Source: Camelus ferus | Taxonomy: Eukaryota | Direction: 5' to 3' | Length of the DNA stretch: 64,000 nucleotides | Assembly (NCBI RefSeq): GCF_009834535.1 | Contig: NC_045696.1 | Span: forward strand, 119,042,001 to 119,106,000 | Shown: piece after piece, positions 1 through 11,800 of the stretch | Position numbering within the stretch: position 1 is the stretch's first letter | Layout: the number at the start of each line of letters is the position of its first letter | Notes under the pieces: model-generated | Told to the model about the DNA's origin: nothing | Databases searched by the model: none | The model's input: only the letters and a program-made list of their open reading frames with translations | Made by a program: the position numbers and the translations under genes

Positions 1-1579
1 ATTAATAATAGCTTATAAATTGGAAGGGGTGTGCAGACCTTTGAATTATTCAAGAGAAAAGACAGCAGTTTTAGATTGTTTACAAGTTATAAAATAGTAG
101 AAAAATCACCTTAAATAAAATATAGTGTATGACTCCAAGTAAGTTGAGAAAAAGACACACACTCTCACGTGCACATATACACACACCCCAAAAGAAGCTT
201 CTCTGTAAATTTCTAGCATTTAATCTTCATTGTCAACCATTCTTATTCATGGTAAACAGTATTTTATAATTTTTCATTGTGAGCTTAACTTTAAAGGGTT
301 TTTTCCTCATGAGAATCCCTTTCAGCCTTCTATGGAAGCATCCCTCCAGGCTGGTTTTATGCTTGTTTCTGCCAGGCTTTCCAACTGCACCTTATCTGCG
401 GGGGGGGGCGCGCAAGGTTAAAAGGAATTAATTTCTAGGTTTTGAAATTCCAACACACGAGTGCTATAAATTTAAACTCCAAATTCGTGAGATGCAAGTC
501 TAGGGTTTTTTAATTTCATCAGAGTTAAATAATTTTCTTTCTTTTCATCCAGAAATGGGACGAGCTTCCTCACCTGCTCCTCCACGGGGTGTTTTACATT
601 TTCCCCCATCCATTTTTTTCCTGAGGGTCAATGAATGGCTTTTTATAGTGTACAAGTTCCAGCTCCCAGCGTGAGCTACTCCAAACCCTCACCTCCTCCT
701 CTGTACATTCAGGCCTCAAGTTACAGAGACTGACAACACCTTGCCCACACCTAAGATGACCAATTTCCTGGTCTGCTTTAGACCTGGCTTCCAAGGATGT
801 GGGGGTTTTCAGTGCTAACACCAGGAAGGCCCAGGGAAACTACACCCCAGCCCTCATACGGATGGCCTGGGAAGAATCAGTTCAACAAGTCATTGCTCTG
901 ATTTTCAGTTTATTTACGTTTCTGGCATCTTGGGATTTCCCTTCATTTATGAGTTTAACAGCACATTCGAAATAAGGTTAGTTATTATCCAGTAATGCTA
1001 GGTGTTTGTGCTCAGTTTTCCAGTTACACAAACCCACCATTTTGCCAGCTTCCCCAAATAACATTTTATTGCTTTTTATCAGCACCATTAGCACAAAAGC
1101 GATGTTTGAGGATAAAGTCACAGCCAGGTACAGGTACACCCTGTGGATAAAAGGTACTGGAGTGGTTCCCAACCTTGTGCGATTTGCTCCACCAACTGCC
1201 CCACGTCTCACGCCTGCTCTCGGCCCTGTTTCTCTGAACTTGAGAATGTTCTAGAACTCTCTAAGCAGGCCTAGCTTCCTCCTGTGAGGCCTAGAAGAAA
1301 AATTCTCCCCCTGGCAATTTATACTCCCCGGGCCAAGAAATGTTGGACTGTTCCGTTCTCTCCTACATCTTGGGGACCTGGCAATTGTAGGTCCATATAA
1401 GTGTTTCTATAAAGAATGAACATCTCAAAAGCCAAGCGGGCCTGCCCTAGCTGGTGTTTCTTCCAATCCAACCCCATCTCCCTCAGACGTGACAGAAAGT
1501 CGTCCAAGTTTCTGGATGTTTGATGTCTCTCTCCCTGTTCTCCACATGTGTTTCTATTTTCTCTTTCTGTAGGCATTTC

Positions 1580-2830
1580 AGTCGATTTGGGGGCCGCTGT
1601 GAGGGACAATCGCAATTTGGCTAATCCTGTGCGTTCAGGGCGCCATTTTGAAACTAGCGCCCGGACACATAAACTTCTTTTTTTCATTTTAACATATATT
1701 TGCGTATGCGTACTTATTTCAGGAGTGCTTCTAAAACACTTTTGGGGTGACTTGCGCGTCTGTGGGTCTGCGGGCCCGCCTGCGTGGGGACGGCGCTCCC
1801 TGGGGCCACGCCGCCGGCCCGCGCGCACCCCCTACGCACCCCCCTACCGAGCGCCGTCGTGCCTCGTGAGCCCCCCCGCTTGGGGGCAGCGACGCTGCCA
1901 CCCATTGGCTGAGGAGGCTCCAACGAGCCCCCGTGCCGGGCGCAGGAGCCACCCCCGGGCGCCCCGAGAGCCACGCCTCAGTCCGCCCGCGCCCCTCGGC
2001 CTCGCCAGCCGCCTCGGACTCTCCGGCCCTTCCGTCCGCCTTTGCTTCCTCTGCCCAGTCGAAGGCGGGCAGCGGGCACCATCAGGCCTAACAGCCGCCC
2101 AGAGTGGTGCCTGAAGCGCAGCCTCTGCTCCCCCTCAAGCCCGTCGGCGGGAACCCGAGCTGCCGCCATCATGGTGAGTGGAGGAGGAGGAGGCCCGAGG
2201 GGGTCTTCCCGGGAGGCCGGCGCGCGGCGCGGAGGGGGTCGAGAGCAGGGTTGACTGGCTTTCCAGGGTTGGGGCGCAGCCTGAAGGCGGGAAGACGCGG
2301 CTGGGGCGCGGCCTGAGGGGCGGGAGGCCTAGGCTGTCGGAAGGGAGGCCCGGAGTGGTCGCTGAGCACGTGCACAGCTCCGAGGCCTTCCCGCCACCGA
2401 CTGGATATGGAGGGCCCCGTTGGCCCTCCGGTTGGGGTGGGGGTGGGGACTCCGCTCTCACCCATCCCCCCGCGGCCCGGAAGCCTCGCTTCCGGTGCTC
2501 ACCTGAGGAGGCGAGGCGGCGCGGCGTCCGCGAGGTGGCGTAAGGACGCCAGCGTGGCCTCGTAGGCGCACGCGCAGCCTCGAAGGCGCGCGTGTGCTGC
2601 CGCTGGGCTGGCGCTGCCTCGGGCGGCGGGCCCACCGGGTCCCGGGTCCGGGATAGGGGTGGGGCTCGTGGGGGGTTAGGGATGTGCCCATGCGGGAGGA
2701 GGGACGAGCCCCTGGGGCGGCCGCGCGTCCACCTCAGCAGAACCGTGCCAGACTCCATCGTTCCCGCAAGGGTGGCGCCACCTCCGCCTCCGAGGGACCG
2801 CAGGTTTGGGAAGTCGGGGAATTTTTTACT
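1580..2830. promoter_or_regulatory. CpG-island promoter of DAZL
   Basis: Very GC- and CpG-rich block in an otherwise AT-rich region, spanning exon 1. Motifs: YY1-like CGCCATTTTG 1641-1650, ATTGG 1904-1908, GGCGGGAA 2146 and 2286, CACGTG 2367. Confidence 0.92.
1970..2173 (+). other. DAZL: DAZL exon 1 (5'UTR plus the ATG only; TSS approximate)
   Basis: gccgccatcATG|gtgagt: Kozak-like context, ATG at 2171-2173, strong GT donor at 2174; lies in a CpG island. Confidence 0.9.
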
Positions 2831-5800
2831 CGGGGAACACATTTCCCCTCTAGAGAAACGGAAATTTCAACAAAATGCCTCTTAGAATAGCTAATACTCT
2901 TTTGGGTGACATTTCTGAGAGTTTTGTGAAATGCGCAGATTTACCATCTCGAGATGCAGCTAATTCTGTGATCACTTCTGACCATCAAGTCACAAGTGTA
3001 TTATATGCTAAGTGTAGTTATTTGTATTATAATTATTATTCTCCGTTTTTAGAGGTAAAGAGAGGAAAGTTGTACACAATTTGTGTTAGTATGTACAAAT
3101 TTTAAAGTAAAACTTATAATTATGCTTATTGTAATGTAAAGCTATTTGTAATGATTATTTGTGTCATGTAGTTATTCATGTCGATAGTTACTAATCACTA
3201 CTAGTTACTATAATTGTTTATAGTTTTTTCTCCCCATTTTTAGAGGAAAAAGAGGGAAATTTAGTGGCTTTATTGATTTTTTTCTGATATAAAAGTAGTA
3301 TATTAACTCGTTGATAAGTAATCATTGTAAGAAAGTGGAGGTCCATCTTAATTCCAGCGTTTAACCACTGTTAAAGTTTTCTTGTACGTATGTCCTTCCA
3401 GACTATTTTCATGCATGTATTGCATATAAAGAGGTGTATTTTATTTTCTAAAAATCGTACTGTGTCATATAATACTGTTTTACAGCCTGCATCCTTCAGT
3501 TAATATAGTGGGCCTTATTCCAAAGAGAAATTTAAAATAATTTGAATGTATAATGTTAGGATATAAGACTGTACCATTACAGGGGGAGGGTATAGCTAAG
3601 TGGTAGAGGGCGTTCTTAGCATGTACGAGTTCCTAGTTTAAATCCCTAATACCTCCATATAAATAAATCAACAAATTTTAAAAACCTAATTACCTCCCCC
3701 CAAAATTAAAAAAAGACTGTACCATTACTTTTACCCAATTCCCTTATAATGAATAGTTTATCTATATTAAAACAATACTGTAAGTATCTTTGTGCAAAAG
3801 TTTTGACACGCTTATTATTCTATTAATAACTTGAAATAAATTTTCAGAAGTGGAATCACTGGGTGAAAAGGTTATGCCCATTTTATAACAATTTTGAATT
3901 ATGATACATCTTTCCTAGTTCCTCTTGGTAAATTATGCCTACCTGCTGATAGTGTTTAGAGTGATCTCTCTACATACTTTCCAGTGAAAAGTGTTATACT
4001 TTTTACAGTTGCCAGTCTAATAGCTGGAAAATATTTCACCGTGCAATGTGTTCTTTTTTTTAATCATTAGTGAAGTTAAAGTTTGTCGTTAGCTTTTTAC
4101 GTTTCTTTTTGATAGATTCTTAATCAACCTTTCTATTTGGATACTTATCTTAGCGATTGTAAAAACTCTGTTATTAACTATTTGTCAAATATAGTGGAAA
4201 AAATTTATGGTGGTGATAAGGAGGTACCCTGATTCCTAATTTCAGTGGAAATCACTATCGTGTTTCACTTTAAACTTGATGATAATTTAGAATTACACTG
4301 ATAGAAAATAACATTCTTCCACTGGGTTTTTCTAAAAATTAAGAAATGAATGCTGTATTTTATCGAATGCTTTTTCTATGGTGAATTACAGTAACAGATT
4401 TCCTAAGAATGAACTATCCTTGCATTTCCAATATAAACTACTTAATTGTGTATATATATATATATTGCATCTCTCTGTTGAGGGCAGGAGTGGACCATCT
4501 TAATCAGCTTTTGTTATTTAGATGGTGTTAGTTTTAGAAAATTCTTTTCAAAATTTAAGAAAAGCTTTTAAATTTCCTTTCTCTTCCACTTTCTTTACTT
4601 TGTACCACTTTTTGTCTAGGGTGTGCCCCTCACACAAATTGTTTCTTTACAGTTTAAGAAAACTCCCAATGAAACTGAGCTAGAAATTGAGTGTTCTTTC
4701 TTTTCTTAAGATTGTTTTTTTTAAATGTGCATTTCTCTAGAAAGGTAGCCTTGTAGTTGAGAATTCTAAATTTAGTCTTATAGAACATTCTTCTAATCTG
4801 TTCTCATATCCCGTTTTTCACAACTAATTTTCTTTTTAGCTTTCCCAGGATTGTTTGTTTATTATTTGAATGTTTTTCCCTTAAGAGTTCACTCTTTGAT
4901 TACTTAAAAGGTTTTATTCTGATTTTCATTTTCTATTTCCTTAATAGAATTTCCTTTCTCTTTAATAGCTACTTTTTTCTGTGGATATAATGCTGATGAC
5001 TGCAAATTTTATGGGCCTTTATCCTAGTCAGTATACATAGGTTTTAGTTGGCATGCATGTAAACATAATAGTTAAACGAAATGTTGTCAAAGACCTGACA
5101 TGCCAGGAGCATTAGTAATGAAAAGTTTTGTTTTGTTTTTCAGCTTCTAGTTATCTTTGTTATTTGGTTATCCAAATATAATGGAATATATTACTGTAAA
5201 TAGCAGTGATGAGAATTGTGTATATGATGGCCTCCAAGTTCATCCCTACTTAATATCCCAGCATCCCAAGTCACTTGAAGGTGTAATTAAGAAAAGTAAT
5301 CACTACTTTAATTTACAGGCAATTTATTTTCTGCATACTGCTATTGATAGTTAAGACTTAATACTTTAACACCAAACTTTTTGCTTATCCTCAGAATTCA
5401 TTTGTGTAGTATTTTTGGCAGCAGTTTAAAAGTGGTCAAAAATTGTTTATTGGTTGTGGATTTGTATGTATGTTATGATTGTATATAAATACAGACACAG
5501 TAGAAGTTTAAAAATTCCTGCTGTTCAATTTTTGTAAAAATGGAGTACTTTGCTTACTTTAGCTTTGAGCACCATCTGCTGGCTGAGGACTAGGACATAA
5601 TGATGCTTTCTTTAAGGCTATGACACTAGTAAAATGATTTGATGAATTTTATGCTTAATATCTCAATTAAGCAGACAGCCGATTTGTACGACCCAACCCC
5701 AAACAAAATGTTTTATAGTATCTAATGGCTTTGTTCTTTTCTCAGATTACTGTTTAGTTGTTTCAAATATCCATTTTACTTTTGCAAATAGAATATGAGA

Positions 5801-8800
5801 ATTAGAACTTTCCTTTTCAGTTCTGGCAACACCATCACAGAGTTTCTCAACTGCGCCCCCTTGCAAATTTGGGGCTATGTAACTCTTTGTTGTGGGGGCT
5901 GTCCTTTGCATTATAGGATGTTTACTATATCCCTGGCCTCTACCGGTCAGATACCTGGTGCACCCCTCAGCTGTGACAATCAAAAATACTCCTGGGCCAA
6001 AAAAATCTCCCCTGGTTGAGAATCAGTGCATTGTCATAACCCGTTATAATCTGGCACTGTTTCCTGACCTGATGTTAGATGTCTAAATTAAAACACATCT
6101 ATCCATTATGGTTCACAGACATAATTCTACAAATAATTTATCAGATAAAGTGGTATTGAAAGTTCATCCACAAATGAAGGGGAAATTGAGAAGGAGAAAA
6201 GAAAGTCTACAGTAATTTCAGAACTGCTATTTTGTTTTACTTGTGCTTTGGATTTTTGACTGAGCTAATTAAAAGGGATTGGTTGGTAAATTGACGTGAA
6301 GGGAAATCTAATGTCAAATTCTCGATAGTTCGAGGTATGTGACTCATGTAATGTAATTCCCATGTTTAAAAAATTAAAATTATAAAAACACTAAAATACA
6401 GGAAAGCTTTAGAAATAGTTTTACTCTCTTCCACTTCATTGTCATGAAATATCACTGTACCATAGTTAAAGGAAAAAAATTAGGAAGTGTGCAGACAGGA
6501 ACACAAAACAACAAGTATGAATACAAGTTAACAGAGAAAAGCCAAAACACTCAAATTTGGTAATTATCTTTGGTAATTTTGTTTTTATCTCCAATTAGTA
6601 TAGCAGTTTGTAGTCTTAAGTTTACCAGTGATTTCTAGCCTCTAACAAAATAGGAACTCTACATACTTTTCATTATTGTTAGTAATTTCTATAAATTATT
6701 TTGCTTATCTTTTTAAGAATAATTACTGGTTTCTTTTGTCCTTGTTTTTGGTTTCCTTCATAAGCTGATATGTAATAGTTTTATCTCTCTCTTGCATCCT
6801 TTGTGCTCACTACTTATAAAGGGATTTCAGATAAGCTGATGTGTGTAAAATAGTTTCTTCAAGTTCCATCTCAAATTAGTTGTTAATTAGTGAAGTATCC
6901 ACCAAAAGAGTACATAAATTGTAAAACCAGGAAAGAAACCTTTTTTTAACCTATTGAAAATAAATTCACATAACAGGCTGCTAACTTGTATTAGCATACC
7001 ACTTTATACTTTACAAAAGAATTCATAGGTGTTTCCTTACTTCATTCTCAAAGCAGTTTTTCTGAGGGACATGAACCTAGATGACTAAATCAGTTTTTGT
7101 TTCAGTATGCTGTACAGCCTTTCCAACATACATATTACCAGTAAATTCTGCTTCAGAAAAATCTACGTTAATCTTAGTGCGGGAAGCCTAACGACAGAGT
7201 TTTGACCAGAATTCATGTGTGGGCCTCTATCTGAAAATAAAGATAGTTATTTACATCTGTCAGCCCACTGTGAAAATTAGAATATCAATAGAACTTATTT
7301 GATATTATTGAAGAATAAAACTGTTATTTTAAAGATGCTTTGAACACTCTAAGGTTAGGGAAAAGGATTATAAGCCCCCCAACTTTTTTTTTTTAAAGCA
7401 AGTTCTATGATATGCGAACAAATAATGTCATAATCCATTTCGAAGGTAAAGCAGGCATACTAACACAGAGTGTTAAAATTACAAAATCCATGTTAATTTT
7501 GGTAATAGAAAGATGAGGCAACTATTTATAATAGCCAAGACATGGAAGCAAAAAAAAAACCCTACCCAGACATGGAAGCAACCTGAATGCCAATCAACAA
7601 ATGATTGGATAAAGAGGGGTACTACTCAGGCATTAAAAAGGATAAAGTAATGCTATTTGCAGCAACTTGGATGGACCTAGAGATTGTCATCCTAAGTTGC
7701 TGCAAATGGCATTACTTTATCCTTTTAAGCCAGAAAGAGAAAGAAAAATACCATATGATATCACTTATGTGTGGAATCTTAAAAAATGACACATAGGAAC
7801 TTATTTACAAAATAGAAACAGACTCATAGGCATAGAAAACAAACTTATAGTTACTGGGGGGGAAAGAGTGGGATGGAGGACTAAATTGGGAGTTTGAGAT
7901 ACTACTATATATAAAATAAACAACAAGATCCCGCTGTATAGCACAGGAAACTATATTCAATATCTTGTAATAACGTATAATGAAAAAGTATGAAGAGGAA
8001 TATATATGTATATAACTGAATCACTATGCTGTACACCAGAAATTAACACAACATTGTAAACCAACTATGTCAATTAAATAGAATTTTAAAAAAGATGAGG
8101 CAAAACAAATTAGTTTAAAACTTCATTTGTTTTCTTTTTGATGCAGCTTTTTTTTTAACTGTTTATCTTTAACATACTTTTGAATAAGGTACTCAGAAAA
8201 ATGAAAATTTGCTTATTGCCGCAGAACAGGATGACTTTAGTAACTTTACTTTTTACAAATCTAAACTTTCACAAATCTAAATTGTTTTTTGCCAGTTCAC
8301 ATAGTATTTTCACAAACTTGATATCGGTATTCTACCCCAGCTTTGTACAAGAGATGGTGCTGAGCAACGTTGGGTTGGGGAAGTACTGAAACCTTTTGTT
8401 AAAATTTCATGTTGATCTGCTCTGATTACTCTAGATCCTGAGCCTGAACTCAGGTGTTATTGATGACTAATTTATGACAGTAATTTATATGAAAATATTT
8501 TGTACTTTCAAAACATATTTCACATCATCTGTGATTTTAACCTGCTATCTAGTGATGATATCTGCTTTGCAAATTACAGTCTGCTGCAAATCCTGAGACT
8601 CCAACCTCAACTGTCTCCAGAGAGGCCAGCACCCAGTCTTCATCAGCTACGACCAGCCAAGGCTATGTTTTACCAGAAGGCAGAATCATGCCAAACACCA
8701 TTTTTGTTGGTGGAATTGATGTTAGGGTATTGTATTCATATTTCATTTATTTTTAAAAGTATTTTGTGAATAGTGGGATTTGGGCCCTGTTGTAACCATA

Positions 8801-11800
8801 AGGCCTTTTTTGGACACTTTATGCAAGTTTGGAATTAATTTTATGTTTAACCTATAGGGACTAAAACTATCGTTGACAAAGAACTACAGGTAGTTTGGGG
8901 ATACTTGGGAGAGACAGTTCCAACATCATCAAATCTTTACAGTATAATTGAAAATTTTGAATGTTGAATTTTTACTCTTAAAGTCAAATTCTTCTCCATA
9001 GATGGATGAAACCGAAATTAGAAGTTTCTTTGCTAGATATGGTTCAGTAAAAGAAGTGAAGATAATCACGGATCGAACTGGTGTGTCCAAAGGGTGAGTA
9101 AAACGTATGTTTAATATAAAGTGTCGTAAATGTCTGAACTATATAGCATTTGTAGAGTTTCAGAAAAGAAGAATTCAAAACTTATATAAATTCTTAAATT
9201 TATATAAATGAAATTGGCTGTTTTGTAATTTCTTTCATGTAGAGGGTAAGTTTGCTGCCGCTCTTTTATTTAATCATTTGCCTGTTTGTATTTAAATGTT
9301 TTCCATCTTCATTTATTTCACATAAGTGGATTAATCATTTTTATCAAAGAATTACTTTCTTCACACATTTCACAGTTTCTGAAATTTTAACAATCTTGCC
9401 ATAGATATTAAGTTAAATTTACGTACATAGGAATTTTCTGTTAATGAATAAGTTTCCCACACTACCTTTTTTTCCTCACAGTCTTAATCTTAGTGCATTC
9501 TGATGTAGATCAGAGTAAGAAAACAAAAAGCAGTAGTATTCTGTCATGTACCTCTTACAAGCATTTATCTCAGTATATTCTTCATCCTTTATCATGCTTA
9601 GCTTCTGTCAGTTATTTCATAGAATACCAGAAGTTTTAAACCATGTACTGTTATGGTGGTGATTTTATATTTCATTTATCTGCCTTTATAGCTATGGATT
9701 TGTTTCATTTTATAATGACGTGGATGTGCAGAAGATAGTAGAAGTAAGTACTTTTCTTATGGAAAAAAATCTCTTAACTAGATGCAGTATTTAGTATTGT
9801 TTGAGTCCTGAATATATAATCAGTCTTGTATAAGATAACAGAAATAAATATACTTCCTGTTTGACGTCCGAACTTAGAGTAATCTTACATAACTTATCAG
9901 AACCTGTTTATTTTTTTAAAACACCTTTATTGTGGTATGGTTCCTGTACAGTAAGTTATACATATTTCAAATGTACAATTTGATGAATTTCAATAGATGT
10001 ATGCACCAGTGAAACCACTACCATAATCAAGATAGCTAACATTTCCATTACTCCCCAGGAGGTGCAATTTTCAAATTCCCAATTTATCCGTTCTTACCTC
10101 CTTTACCCCCTGGTAACCACAAGTTTGTTCTCTATGGCTGTGAGTCTGTTTGTTTTGTAGATAAGTTCATTTGTGTCCTTTTTTTTTGGATTCCACATAT
10201 AAGCGATAACATATGTCATTTTTCTTTCTCTTTCTGACTTGACTTCACTTAGAATGGTGATCTCCAGGTCCATCCATGTTGCTGCAAATAGCATTATTTT
10301 ATTCTTTTTCATGGTTGTGTAGTATTCCATTGTCTGTATATGCTACATCATCTTTATCCAGTCATCTGTTGGTGGACATTTGGGTTGTTTCCATGTCTTG
10401 GCTGTTGTAAATAGTGCTGCCATGAATATTACGGTGCATGTGTCCTTTTTAATTATATGTTTCTCTGGGTATATGCCTAGGAGTGGGATTGCTAGATCAT
10501 ATGGTGTCTTATTTCTAGTTTTTTAAGGAGTCTCAATACTGTCCTCCATAGTGGCTGCACCAGTTTACATTCCCACCAGAACCTGTTAATTTTTGATTGC
10601 GCATTCAGCTTCATGAACTAGAGACAGGAAAGATTAGAGATAAAGTATAAAAAGTGTTTGATCAAATTCCACAACACCTCTCAACATTTGCTTAGCATAG
10701 TGAGGATAGTGTAGCTTCATACTGAAGCTACTTTAGCTAAATTCTGATTTAGTATGTTCTTACCACTGATCTTCTCTAATAGTAGAAATTTTAGAGGACT
10801 TGGGTGTTTACCAAAGCTTTGGAAGTTAAGACTTGGACATTGATTCTGGTTTTGTTACTGTTTTTATTTTCAGTCACAGATAAATTTCCATGGTAAAAAG
10901 CTGAAACTGGGCCCTGCGATCAGGAAACAAAATTTATGTGAGTAAAGAAAGGAATTGTTTTTGTTGACGTATGTGTGGCCTCTCAGAGAACTAAAAAATA
11001 GGCTTTATTTTCTTTGTATTCTTTAAAAAGGTGCTTATCATGTGCAGCCACGTCCTTTGGTTTTTAATCCTCCTCCTCCACCGCAGTTTCAGAGTGTCTG
11101 GAGTAATCCAAACACTGAAACTTACATGCAGCCTCCAACCGTGATGAATCCAATAACTCAGTATGTTCAGGTAAGAATTATAAAATTCCTTGTTTTCATT
11201 TATTATAGTACTGGAACTCTTACAGATGGGGGCACCTTAAAAGTTAAGTCAGTCTCACTTCTTACTGTCTGTGGAATTATGTCTACAATTTCCATAATAA
11301 GTGACAATATTATCCTTGTTTGAGTACTTTTGAGGGACAGGAAATCTGTTACTTCTGTTAGAAACCTGTCATTCTTAGTGTTATTTCTTATACTAAGCTA
11401 AAATCTGCTTCCTTATGATTTGTAAGCCTTCGTCTTAGAACTGACCTCTGTAGCCAGGTGGAATATGTCTCTTTCCCCCTTTTTTCCCCATGTGATAACT
11501 CCTAAAATATTTGAAGGCAGCTTTCCCCCTGTGATAATCTGGTTCTTCTGTAGGGTCAGCTATTCTTTGTTTGCAGTGATTTCCAGATACCTTCTCATAT
11601 AGATAATTGACTTCTGGATACAGTCTGCTTCTGGAATGGATAAATTTCTGATGACTTAACTATATTTATAAACCCCATGGATTTCTGGCACGTAATTTAT
11701 CTTGTCTTGGTTCCCTTAGTATTTGAAGTGGGATTTGGAATACTTACCTACTATTGATGATAAATAACATTTATTTTCTTAGTTCAGTTTACTTTCTTCA

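Noticed and set aside
1319..2890. Many overlapping ORFs (up to 235 aa) on both strands
   Set aside because: Arg/Pro/Gly/Ala-rich low-information translations caused by stop-codon depletion in the CpG island; no recognisable domain.
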